Virus record (IMG/VR): IMGVR_UViG_3300035126_000903
Coordinates: 32,001-96,000 of that record
From: a virus
Taxonomy: Duplodnaviria; Caudoviricetes
Direction: 5' to 3' (one strand)
DNA: 64,000 nt
Notes under the pieces: generated by a model
What the model saw: only the letters and a program-made list of their open reading frames with translations
Told to the model about the DNA's origin: nothing
The model's database searches: none
Made by a program: the position numbers and the translations under genes
Shown: in pieces, positions 17,417 through 26,072 of the stretch
How positions within the stretch are numbered: the first letter of the stretch is position 1
How the letters are laid out: every line of letters starts with the position of its first letter

Positions 17417-18380
17417 AACTTTTTATTTTGTTTTTTAATTGTTCTAAATCAATATGACATTTTTTACTTTTAACTCTATTATCATACCATTCTAACATTT
17501 GTAAATTACACTGATGACTGATAATTTCAGGTTCTACATTATTCAAAAACCCTTCAACAATTGAATATTTATGGTCTAGTTGAAATCCATTTTTACCATT
17601 TGTCACTCTTTCTAAATTATTAGGATTTATGATATTTTTGTATTTATTATAAGTTGATTCCGTTAATTTTTTTACCTTCTTTCTATAAATTTGGTAATCA
17701 GATAGAAATTCGTCTGGTATTACCCACCCTCTTTCTATTTTTGTTTTCATAACATTATCAATTCTCATTTCAGGGTTTATATTGGCACTATTATCAACAC
17801 CATATTTTTCTTTTAACACTTCTTTTATTTTTTCTTTAATTTCTTCTGACTTAAATGGATTATCTACACCATACTTTTTAATCCAAGTGTTTAATGCTTT
17901 TTGTTTTATTGCTTGATTGTGAAACGAATGTTCAACCCCATACCTTAAAATCATAGTAGATTTCATTTTATTTTTCAATTCAGAACTTTGTAGTGTGTAA
18001 CCACCATATTTGGTGTTAACCGTTTCAGTTCTTTTTTTATTTCTCACTATTTTTTCTACTTCGGATAAGTTATCGTATTTTTCTCTTAATTTATTTTTCG
18101 TTTGTTCAGAGTTGTTATTACATTTTGCTGAGCAAAACATTCGGGTTAAATCAATTATTGGTTTATTACAGTTTATACATACGTTGATTGATTTTTTTTC
18201 TTTTAGTACGTACCTAACCCTATCTACCAATTTTGGATTATGCAAATCCAAAAATTTAGTGTTATCAATTATTTCTTGTTCCAGCGAATCATCAATTACT
18301 CTCAACTTTTGAGATAATATTTTATATTCGTTATTTCTCAATATACAAAGTGTTGACTGAATTTTACTTTTTATACACAT
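17409..18380 (-). CDS. Putative free-standing homing endonuclease inserted in thyA (start revised to MCIKSK)
   Basis: CINC..FCS..C zinc motif, KYGV(D/E)N repeats, C-terminal LDHKYS..H.CNLQM..N HNH-like motif. Confidence 0.7.
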   Translation of the reverse strand: MCIKSKIQSTLCILRNNEYKILSQKLRVIDDSLEQEIIDNTKFLDLHNPKLVDRVRYVLKEKKSINVCINCNKPIIDLTRMFCSAKCNNNSEQTKNKLREKYDNLSEVEKIVRNKKRTETVNTKYGGYTLQSSELKNKMKSTMILRYGVEHSFHNQAIKQKALNTWIKKYGVDNPFKSEEIKEKIKEVLKEKYGVDNSANINPEMRIDNVMKTKIERGWVIPDEFLSDYQIYRKKVKKLTESTYNKYKNIINPNNLERVTNGKNGFQLDHKYSIVEGFLNNVEPEIISHQCNLQMLEWYDNRVKSKKCHIDLEQLKNKIKSYE

Positions 18381-18418
18381 TTTGGTTTCTTTTATAATAA
18401 ATATATGAGAAACCAAAA
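18380..18418 (-). promoter_or_regulatory. Hairpin over the endonuclease start with an ATATTTAT motif in the loop
   Basis: TTTTGGTTTCT (18380-18390) / AGAAACCAAAA (18408-18418), 11-bp perfect inverted repeat. Confidence 0.65.
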
Positions 18419-18425
18419 AAAGTCA

Positions 18426-18743
18426 TTATTCTTCATTATTTTTTTCCAACCTTTCACACTCTTTCAAATAAGAACGGTAAGCGTCTCCTACCCAAATGTT
18501 ACAATCGTTGTCTAAGAGATACTTTATTGATGTATCACCCCGTAAGAACCAAAGTAACTCTACCACAATTCCTTTGAAATACATCTTCTTTGTAGTTAAT
18601 AGTGGGAAACCATCTTTCATAGAATGACGGATTTGTCTACCGAATACTGATAGAGTCCCCGTACCTGTCCTGTCTTTCTTTTCAACTCCATTACCAAGAA
18701 TGTATTCTAGGAGCATTTGATATTCTTTATCTAATTTATTCAT
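18426..18743 (-). CDS. thyA: Thymidylate synthase, N-terminal part of split gene
   Basis: [31 protein letters not shown]. Confidence 0.92.
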   Translation of the reverse strand: MNKLDKEYQMLLEYILGNGVEKKDRTGTGTLSVFGRQIRHSMKDGFPLLTTKKMYFKGIVVELLWFLRGDTSIKYLLDNDCNIWVGDAYRSYLKECERLEKNNEE

Positions 18744-19023
18744 AACTTTCTATTATTTTATAACTATCAAATTTTAACCATACCTCATCTTCATTTAGGT
18801 TTAGTGTTGGGGAACAATTATTTAAAATACCAGACTCGCAAATTCTTTTATATTCAACATCTTTCACATAATCTGATTTAGGTATTTGTCCATATCCAAG
18901 ATTACATTTTTTTTGCCATTTATAAAAAAAAATCACATCTTGTTCTTCAGATAGAGGTATAATAAATTTTCTTTCATCATTATATCTACCCTCAAACCAT
19001 TTTTCATTAATTTTAACTTTCAT
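18736..19023 (-). CDS. Hypothetical protein ending ESYE
   Basis: Coupled by AAAGTTATGAATAA junction. Confidence 0.7.
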   Translation of the reverse strand: MKVKINEKWFEGRYNDERKFIIPLSEEQDVIFFYKWQKKCNLGYGQIPKSDYVKDVEYKRICESGILNNCSPTLNLNEDEVWLKFDSYKIIESYE

Positions 19024-19417
19024 AACTTTCTATTGTTTTATCGTTGTATGTTACTGTGATTAGTTTGGTTGGTACATTGTGTTTGTCGCACATATAATTA
19101 GCAAAATCAAATTCTTCCATATTAGGTGTTAGGTCAGCTATCTTCCATCTTTCCATCATATCTAACTCTCGTTCTTCAATCTTTAATCCCCACCTTTCAG
19201 AGAATTCTGTATCGGTTTTACATTTGTTGATGAATTCTTCTTTTGTTAGATGTCTAGTTGGGTGCGGGGATACGATAGAACGACCAATACGAATACACCA
19301 ACCTTTGTATAAATTTTGATAAAGTATGTTTGTATGATGGTCTTGTATTGTTGCTAATGGATAATTTGTGTATGTCTCATAAACCTCATCCAATAATTCT
19401 TGTTGTTCTTCATTCAT
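19013..19417 (-). CDS. ThyA-derived miniprotein 1
   Basis: EEFINKCKTDTEFSERWG, REL..ER, NVPTKLITVTYN. Confidence 0.75.
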   Translation of the reverse strand: MNEEQQELLDEVYETYTNYPLATIQDHHTNILYQNLYKGWCIRIGRSIVSPHPTRHLTKEEFINKCKTDTEFSERWGLKIEERELDMMERWKIADLTPNMEEFDFANYMCDKHNVPTKLITVTYNDKTIESYES

Positions 19418-19607
19418 AACTTTCTAATTTAATCATTGCAAAATATTCAAATTCGGGTATAGTGAATTCTTCTGTCCTACCAGGCGTAGAATTTAAGTAC
19501 TCAACAATCACCTTATCTTTTGTTACATCTTTAACAATCATTGATACAGGTGCCAATGACCCTAAGTCTAAATTGAATTTTTTGCCAATTAATTGTTCTT
19601 TATTCAT
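19410..19607 (-). CDS. Hypothetical protein ending ESYE
   Basis: ORF track. Confidence 0.7.
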   Translation of the reverse strand: MNKEQLIGKKFNLDLGSLAPVSMIVKDVTKDKVIVEYLNSTPGRTEEFTIPEFEYFAMIKLESYE

Positions 19608-19956
19608 AACTTTCTACTATTTTATCGTTGTATGTTATTGTGATTAGTTTACGTGGCACTCCTCTTTTATCTAAAGTTTCATGATGATCAGGGTATTCAC
19701 CAAATAAATCATCAAAATGTATATCGTATTTTTTTCTTTCTCTAACAGTTGTCAAATCTCGTTCTTCAATCTTTAATCCCCACCTTTCAGAGAATTCTGT
19801 ATCGGTTTTACACTTGTTGATGAATTCTTCTTTTGTTAGTAATTGTCCTTTACTATTAATATAGTCTTTCGGTGGGTTAGATTTTTTCATCGGGAAATTA
19901 TTCTTGAAATTCTTATAAGCATCATCAATAATCCGATTGTATCTTTCGTTATTCAT
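19600..19956 (-). CDS. ThyA-derived miniprotein 2
   Basis: DDAYKNF, EEFINKCKTDTEFSERWG, VPRKLITITYN. Confidence 0.75.
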   Translation of the reverse strand: MNNERYNRIIDDAYKNFKNNFPMKKSNPPKDYINSKGQLLTKEEFINKCKTDTEFSERWGLKIEERDLTTVRERKKYDIHFDDLFGEYPDHHETLDKRGVPRKLITITYNDKIVESYE

Positions 19957-20299
19957 AACTTTCTATTGTTTTATCGTTGTATGTTATTGTGATTAGTTTA
20001 CGTGGATATAATGCTGTACTTCCTTTCAACATTGGATTATTTTGATCTACTTGTTCCAAAATTGTTTGTTCTTCAATCTTTAATCCCCACTTTTGGGAGA
20101 ACTCACTATCGGTTTTACATTTATTGATGAATTCTTTTGGTGCGTATTGTCTATATACTTTCTTTATTTCACCTGTACCTAAACACATTCCATCTAATTC
20201 CTCTAGTGATACTAAATCATCTGTACGGAACATAGTTTGAGATTGATATTTTTTATACACCTCATCCAATAATTCTTGTTGTTCTTTATTCACCCTCAT
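19949..20299 (-). CDS. ThyA-derived miniprotein 3
   Basis: KEFINKCKTDSEFSQKWG, PRKLITITYN. Confidence 0.75.
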   Translation of the reverse strand: MRVNKEQQELLDEVYKKYQSQTMFRTDDLVSLEELDGMCLGTGEIKKVYRQYAPKEFINKCKTDSEFSQKWGLKIEEQTILEQVDQNNPMLKGSTALYPRKLITITYNDKTIESYE

Positions 20300-20528
20300 T
20301 GTCTCTTAAATTTTTAAGTTCTTCAATCACATTATTATTCATATCAGTAACAAAATCTCTTTCTAACATGTTCCTCAATGCTTGTTCGGCGTCTAAACCA
20401 TATTCATTTGTTGCTAATTCAATACACTCATCATCTGATTTGTTATGCCAAAATGATAGATGTTCGAAAAATGCTTTAGCATCAATAATAATTGTTTTTC
20501 CTCCTTCGTTATTCATCGCGGTGTTCAT
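20286..20528 (-). CDS. Hypothetical protein
   Basis: ORF track. Confidence 0.65.
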   Translation of the reverse strand: MNTAMNNEGGKTIIIDAKAFFEHLSFWHNKSDDECIELATNEYGLDAEQALRNMLERDFVTDMNNNVIEELKNLRDNEGE

Positions 20529-20801
20529 TTTCGTGGTTCATTTTCATAGAATTCTTTGATGAAACTAACCACTTCATCGGGGACTGGTATCATACCACCG
20601 TAACTTGTCTCATGTTCCATTAGACCTCTGACCAATAAATCTGCTATCCAACCTGAATATTCAGGTGATATGTTCAATTCTAACTTATTCATAACTTTTT
20701 ATTTTTTAATAAATTTGACCATATTTTTATTACCATATCTCTTCTTGGGGATTGTTTTAACATTTTCCATCTGTTAATCCAATGTTCTATTTCTTCTTTA
20801 T

Positions 20802-21176
20802 TCATAACTTTTTATTTTTAAATCCTTCAATTAACAGGGAAGCTGTTGCGTAATTTGTGGCAAGAGGTATGTTGTAAACATTACAAACCCTCAGTAACAT
20901 ATTCACATCTACAATGTGTGGATGAACAGCAAGTGGGTCTATAAAGAAAACAACACCATCTATCTCACCTTCTGCTATCATACTTGCTATTTGAGCATCA
21001 CCACCCAAAGGACCTGATTTCTTTTTAATGACTTGAATACCGGCGTGCTCTATGTGGGTGCCGGTAGTTCCGGTGGCAATGATTTGGTTATTTTTGAAAA
21101 AGTCTAACCTCTTCATAATAAAAGCAACCATGTCTGCTTTCTTACCATCGTGTGCTATAACTGCTATCTTCAACAT
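20802..21176 (-). CDS. mgsA: Methylglyoxal synthase
   Basis: IAHD.KK, ATGTTG, SGPLGGDAQI, FF.DP..PH..DV..L.R.C, PLATN. Confidence 0.93.
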   Translation of the reverse strand: MLKIAVIAHDGKKADMVAFIMKRLDFFKNNQIIATGTTGTHIEHAGIQVIKKKSGPLGGDAQIASMIAEGEIDGVVFFIDPLAVHPHIVDVNMLLRVCNVYNIPLATNYATASLLIEGFKNKKL

Positions 21177-21193
21177 ATGTAAATATACGAAAT

Positions 21194-21475
21194 TTATTTC
21201 ATATTTACAATATTTTCTATCATTTTTTTTAAATTTTTACTTTGAATTTTTACTTTTATTACCCCGTCCCCCTCTACACTAACCCCGTCTGATATAATAC
21301 TTTTTAATAAAGATAATTCAGTTTCGCTTATTTTATTTTCCACAGGTACTAATTCTATGTTTATTTCCATAACCTTTTCCTTTTGATAAAAATAATATTT
21401 GGAGGTATTAAACCTTATAATTTTATCATAATTTAACAAATTCCTCACAGATTGAATCAATTTTACGAGGTTCAT
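21194..21475 (-). CDS. Hypothetical protein (start uncertain)
   Basis: ORF track. Confidence 0.5.
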   Translation of the reverse strand: MNLVKLIQSVRNLLNYDKIIRFNTSKYYFYQKEKVMEINIELVPVENKISETELSLLKSIISDGVSVEGDGVIKVKIQSKNLKKMIENIVNMK

Positions 21476-21492
21476 AACTACAGTACTCCATA

Positions 21493-21684
21493 CTATACAA
21501 CCTCAATCTCACCAACTCTATATTTTCTACCAGTTGTATCTGCTTCAGCAGCCCGTCTTGCAAAATCCTCTGCTTCTTCCAATGTATCAAAATCATCCAC
21601 CAAATCATTTTCATCTAATTTGGATACCCACATTTTTGGACTTTCCAATAATAATTGCTTATAAACTCTGTATTTAATTGCCAT
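21493..21684 (-). CDS. Hypothetical protein
   Basis: ORF track. Confidence 0.7.
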   Translation of the reverse strand: MAIKYRVYKQLLLESPKMWVSKLDENDLVDDFDTLEEAEDFARRAAEADTTGRKYRVGEIEVV

Positions 21685-21693
21685 AATATTTCC

Positions 21694-22446
21694 TTATTTT
21701 ATTTGCCCTGCTTTTTTCAGCATTCTTGCAGTTTCAATCCATTTTTTACCTATTGGGTTATATATAGGCCTTCTAATAAATTCATTTACAGCTTTTTGAA
21801 CTGCGTTTGGTGGTGGACCATATGTGGTATTATCAATAATTCTATAATCCTTTGCACCAAAAAGAGTTTGAAACTTACCCATATTCTCTTGGCAATCTTT
21901 CCAAATAGAAGTAACCAAATTTTCAGGTAATGTTCTATCTCTCCCAGCATTTCTTTCCTTTGCTACTTCTAACGATGTATTAACAAAAACCATCATACAA
22001 TCATACCCTAATGATTCAGCATGTTGTTTTTGCTTTTTTATTTTAGCAAAATCATCCCCCGTACCATCTATTATCATACCCAATCTACCCTCTTCATAAA
22101 ATGCCCTTTGGGCTTGTGTTATTTTCTTTGCCCTATCTCTAATTCCACCAGGAACAGCAGTTATTGTAGCCCATAATTCGGGTTCTTCTCTTTCAATTCT
22201 ACCCAAATCTTTTGGGTTTATACCATTCTTTTTTAATTGAGATTCAAAAGCAGTATCAGAATTAATTACTTTTAAACCTGATTGAGCAAAGGATGCTTTA
22301 TATTTTCTATCTATACCAAATATTTCTTCGGATGTAAAAGATTTTCCTGAACCAGGCCCACCTGCCATGAATACGCATTTTAATATTCCTGGATCATCAA
22401 CTCCCTCTGTAAGGATAATTCTTTTTAGTATTTCTCTCAATTTCAT
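21694..22446 (-). CDS. P-loop kinase (zeta-toxin/AAA_33-like) with leader MKLREILKRIILTE
   Basis: MAGGPGSGKS, IIDGTG, RNAGRDR. Confidence 0.8.
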   Translation of the reverse strand: MKLREILKRIILTEGVDDPGILKCVFMAGGPGSGKSFTSEEIFGIDRKYKASFAQSGLKVINSDTAFESQLKKNGINPKDLGRIEREEPELWATITAVPGGIRDRAKKITQAQRAFYEEGRLGMIIDGTGDDFAKIKKQKQHAESLGYDCMMVFVNTSLEVAKERNAGRDRTLPENLVTSIWKDCQENMGKFQTLFGAKDYRIIDNTTYGPPPNAVQKAVNEFIRRPIYNPIGKKWIETARMLKKAGQIK

Positions 22447-22476
22447 AGTAAAACTCCCATAATAAATAGTTATTTT

Positions 22477-22701
22477 TTACTTTTTAAACATATTTACTAT
22501 TGAAGAAATAACCCCATAAATAATACCCAATATAAAAGCAGAAGTAAAAATTGGCGCGGTAATAAACCACAATAAAGACCAAATAAGTATGGTGGTATCC
22601 GATAATTTAACGCTCTTATTAGTAATTTGGAATAAGTGTAAAAAAAATGCCATTACTAAAGACCCACCTAAATATAATTCTAAATGAAATAAATTAAGCA
22701 T
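22477..22701 (-). CDS. Membrane protein
   Basis: Hydrophobic segments. Confidence 0.6.
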   Translation of the reverse strand: MLNLFHLELYLGGSLVMAFFLHLFQITNKSVKLSDTTILIWSLLWFITAPIFTSAFILGIIYGVISSIVNMFKK

Positions 22702-22954
22702 TGGTATTGATATGTATTTTGTTAAATAAATTTACTAAGTCTACTAAATCAGTTTCGTTTGTTATTTTGAACGAATCTTCTTCAAACAAATAACAATACC
22801 AATTATCATCCTTTATTTCATCGCTCGATGATGTTACTAAAGCTATTCCACCAATATCTAAAACATAGTAATACCAATCTTGTGGACTTCCCGATTGTTC
22901 AGCTGGAACGATAATCTTTTCAAATCCTAATTCACTAAATATTTGTTCTTTCAT
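22694..22954 (-). CDS. Hypothetical protein
   Basis: ORF track. Confidence 0.7.
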   Translation of the reverse strand: MKEQIFSELGFEKIIVPAEQSGSPQDWYYYVLDIGGIALVTSSSDEIKDDNWYCYLFEEDSFKITNETDLVDLVNLFNKIHINTNA

Positions 22955-22955
22955 T

Positions 22956-23243
22956 TTATTCTGGGTTTTTAAATTTGGGGGAGCATCCTAATATTATTGC
23001 ATTCTTAAATAGTTGCCTTCTCCAAATTTTAATTTTATATTCTTTAATTACTTCTTGAATGATTTCTGAGAATTGGTATTCACATATTTCGTAATTGTTA
23101 TAATCTATGACCTTTTCTCCTAGCTCATTTTCGGATGCGTTTTGGATTAATTCATCAAAGTTAGCTGATGGAGTTGATGCTCTATATAACCTCCTATAAC
23201 ATTCGTGGATAGCTTGTTCTTCTTTTTTAGTTGCTAATGACAT
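22956..23243 (-). CDS. Hypothetical protein
   Basis: ORF track. Confidence 0.7.
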   Translation of the reverse strand: MSLATKKEEQAIHECYRRLYRASTPSANFDELIQNASENELGEKVIDYNNYEICEYQFSEIIQEVIKEYKIKIWRRQLFKNAIILGCSPKFKNPE

Positions 23244-23246
23244 AAC

Positions 23247-23657
23247 TTATTCAAAACTGTAGTTAAACATAAAAATATTTTTATTTTTATTGTATTCACA
23301 TTCGACTGTTAATCCTGTTTTTTTATCGTAAAATTTGTTATCACCCATATAAACAGAATTTTCTCTTACTTGGTTTAAGATAAGTAATGCCATTTCATCG
23401 TCTTGAGTTGCATTTGTGAACATTACATTTTTTGTTTCTCCATATTTGAAAACATAAAAGCTCATTAAATCAAAAGATGTGTGTTTAGTCCATAAACACC
23501 AAATTTCAGATTCATATGTCTTATCCCAAGACGCAGTACTAAATTCTATCTTGTTGTAGGTCTTTATTTCATTTTCGGTAAAGCCAACCATTGGTTTTTG
23601 TGCTAAGCAAATGGTTGTTATCCCCATTAGCATTAGAGTTGTTATTAGTTTTTTCAT
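23247..23657 (-). CDS. Secreted hypothetical protein
   Basis: Signal peptide MKKLITTLMLMGITTICLA-Q. Confidence 0.7.
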   Translation of the reverse strand: MKKLITTLMLMGITTICLAQKPMVGFTENEIKTYNKIEFSTASWDKTYESEIWCLWTKHTSFDLMSFYVFKYGETKNVMFTNATQDDEMALLILNQVRENSVYMGDNKFYDKKTGLTVECEYNKNKNIFMFNYSFE

Positions 23658-23705
23658 TAATTATTTTTTTAGTATTTTTTTATTCTATACATACAACCCA
23701 CTTTA

Positions 23706-24425
23706 TCATACTTTCCCTACTTTAATTTCTCCATCGTAAATTAGGTATTGACGTGAATTTAAAGCATCAATCATAATGTATCTGCCACCTAAAAATTTCG
23801 CCATTCCAATCAAATCAATTTCTTTAATTTGGGTGTGTCCAAACACTTGAATGAATCGTTTTTTAATTCCATCTTTACCTCGTTTGTTATTTGAAGTTCT
23901 CAATGAATTCAACCTAATCCAAATAGGTGATTGTGTTTCATTATCCCCATATGGATTAAAACCATTGAACTTAAAAATGAATGGAGAATATTTAAATGTT
24001 TCATTCAGTTTTTCAACTAAATTATCGCAATCCCAACTACCTCTAAAATTATCATTCATAAATACTGAAGATACACCAGCATGAGTACAAAGGAAATTAT
24101 CAAATGAATATGCCATTTGTAAATGTTCCATATTTTCTTTGAGTAACTGTCCAATATCAAATTTTAGAGCAGGTTGAAATCCCCTGTACGTTTCACCCAT
24201 GTTCATATAATGATAATCGTGATTACCTACCAAAAGTACAACTTCAACGCCACTTGTTTTTTTGAAATGGATAATTTCCTTAAAATTATGAATTTGGTCA
24301 ATACCAGGAATATCAAATGAATCGAAATAATCTCCCACAAAAATAACCCTATCAGGTTTTTCCTGTTCTACAATTTCTTTCCAAATGGAACGTCCGTGAA
24401 TATCACCGATGAATACAGTTTTCAT
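23706..24425 (-). CDS. Calcineurin-like metallophosphoesterase
   Basis: GDIHG, GDYFD, GNHD, THAG, GHT. Confidence 0.9.
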   Translation of the reverse strand: MKTVFIGDIHGRSIWKEIVEQEKPDRVIFVGDYFDSFDIPGIDQIHNFKEIIHFKKTSGVEVVLLVGNHDYHYMNMGETYRGFQPALKFDIGQLLKENMEHLQMAYSFDNFLCTHAGVSSVFMNDNFRGSWDCDNLVEKLNETFKYSPFIFKFNGFNPYGDNETQSPIWIRLNSLRTSNNKRGKDGIKKRFIQVFGHTQIKEIDLIGMAKFLGGRYIMIDALNSRQYLIYDGEIKVGKV

Positions 24426-24572
24426 GATGTTTAATTATGGTGTAAATATACGAAGTAAATTTTGATTTTCCAAATTTTTTATCAGGTTAACTTGATCCTA
24501 CACAAATACAACATACTGGTAGAGTATAAGTGGGTGTAAACTTCACAAATAAGTAAGTTATATGAAATAAAA

Positions 24573-24911
24573 TTAAACAATAGTCCAACTACCATTATGA
24601 AGATAACATCCTTCTATAATTTCTTGTGTTTCGTTGTTTTTAATATCATATCTTGGTTTAACCTCAGTTAGATAAATTTTTCTATCAAAATAACCTTTAA
24701 TCATAATAGTTATATTCTTAACATAATCGTAATCCATATCTTTATATTCACGATATGTTAAATAACTTTCTTTATTAGTATTACCATCATATACTAAAAT
24801 TAACGGTTCTTTTGTATCTACCCAACCATTAAATTTATCATGTTTGTTTATGATATTAAAAACACCAAAATCATTACATGATACATCTTGTCCTATTTTA
24901 AAATCTTCCAT
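24573..24911 (-). CDS. Hypothetical cassette protein (start revised to MEDFKIG)
   Basis: The ORF extension lies in attC. Confidence 0.7.
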   Translation of the reverse strand: MEDFKIGQDVSCNDFGVFNIINKHDKFNGWVDTKEPLILVYDGNTNKESYLTYREYKDMDYDYVKNITIMIKGYFDRKIYLTEVKPRYDIKNNETQEIIEGCYLHNGSWTIV

Positions 24912-24936
24912 ATTAAATTTGTTTAATTTTACATTC

Positions 24937-24990
24937 ATATAACAAATGATAAACAACATTAAAACGATTGTTTATCATCAGACGTTATAT
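24937..24990 (+). repeat. Compact attC site
   Basis: ATATAAC-AAATG-ATAAACAA..TTGTTTAT-CATCAGAC-GTTATAT (R''-5-L''..L'-8-R'). Confidence 0.8.
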
Positions 24991-24996
24991 TCAAGT

Positions 24997-25284
24997 TTAT
25001 TTTTGTTTTGATTTGTTTATGTGAAATTCTCTGACCATATTATAAATTTCATTATCTTTTGATACTAATGTTCTCATTGGATTTTTATTACCAATGTATC
25101 TCAACTGATATATTTCTTCCATATTAGAATCACTATGTAAATAGTAGTCCGCTGTTGGAAAATAAAGTGATATATCATATTGTGTTATATCAAATTCAAC
25201 ATCATCAGTATCAAATGTGTAGTAGTCATTTATTTTTGGTGTATTATTCCAAAAAACCTCATCAACTTTAAATAACCAAATCAT
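24997..25284 (-). CDS. Hypothetical cassette protein
   Basis: ORF track. Confidence 0.7.
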   Translation of the reverse strand: MIWLFKVDEVFWNNTPKINDYYTFDTDDVEFDITQYDISLYFPTADYYLHSDSNMEEIYQLRYIGNKNPMRTLVSKDNEIYNMVREFHINKSKQK

Positions 25285-25352
25285 AATTTCTTTTTTAATT
25301 GTAAAACAAAAATAAACCTAAATATATCTGAGTATCGTTATGTGTAATATTT

Positions 25353-25601
25353 TTAAACTACATCGTGTGTCACTTCTAATATAGGTTTTTGAAAACAATT
25401 CGAAAACCATTCTATCCTCTTCAAACTATCCTCGTGTGTTTTTGTTGGTAGTGTCATTAATCGTGAGTCATGTACAGAATTCCATCCATGATTACACGCA
25501 TTTACATTATCACAAAACCATTCTGGATGGAATTCTGATTTGTTTTCAAATTGTTTTTCTACTACTCTAAATTTCATTGGTGATGTTGGTTCTTGATACA
25601 T
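25353..25601 (-). CDS. Hypothetical cassette protein
   Basis: ORF track. Confidence 0.7.
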   Translation of the reverse strand: MYQEPTSPMKFRVVEKQFENKSEFHPEWFCDNVNACNHGWNSVHDSRLMTLPTKTHEDSLKRIEWFSNCFQKPILEVTHDVV

Positions 25602-25679
25602 TTTAAAAGATTTTGTTAAGTTTAAAAATACATATTTCTAACAGCAAATATAAGTAATAAATTTTAATTTTCCAAATTT

Positions 25680-26066
25680 TTATGAATTAGTAAAATTGGA
25701 ATTCAAAGAGTTCAAATCAATACGAGCAGTGTCGGTGGTTGCTGTAAACAATGTTGTTTGGTATTTTTTAGGGTTCCGCACCATTTTGTTTGCCATAATA
25801 CACCCACATATACCACTTCCGCCATTTTTGGGGTTGCAACTACAAATGCTATGGTAAGGTACTACATCGGGTTCATAGTTTGAACTTGTGATGTCAAAAG
25901 GGGTAATGTTTACTTGGTGAGGTATAGTTTTATCACCATCTATTGCTTCCAGTGTTTCCAGTTGTTTTTTGTACGCGTCGATCTTGGCTGCCAATACCAT
26001 CCTATCTTCCTCCAACTTTTGGATATGGAGTTTTGTGTCGTAAATTGCTTTTTCTATTTTATTCAT
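25680..26066 (-). CDS. Coiled-coil plus Cys-rich protein
   Basis: CSCNPKNGGSGICGC. Confidence 0.7.
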   Translation of the reverse strand: MNKIEKAIYDTKLHIQKLEEDRMVLAAKIDAYKKQLETLEAIDGDKTIPHQVNITPFDITSSNYEPDVVPYHSICSCNPKNGGSGICGCIMANKMVRNPKKYQTTLFTATTDTARIDLNSLNSNFTNS

Positions 26067-26072
26067 ATTTCA

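Larger units (their letters stand above)
24480..25650 (+). mobile_element. Second integron-like cassette cluster (three cassettes)
   Basis: Cores GTTATATGAA 24557 (matched TTCATATAAC 24934), GTTATAT 24984, GTTATGT 25337. Confidence 0.7.

Noticed and set aside
17409-18426. Group I intron or intein in thyA
   Set aside because: Only ~45 nt non-coding on one side and none on the other; separate stop and start codons.
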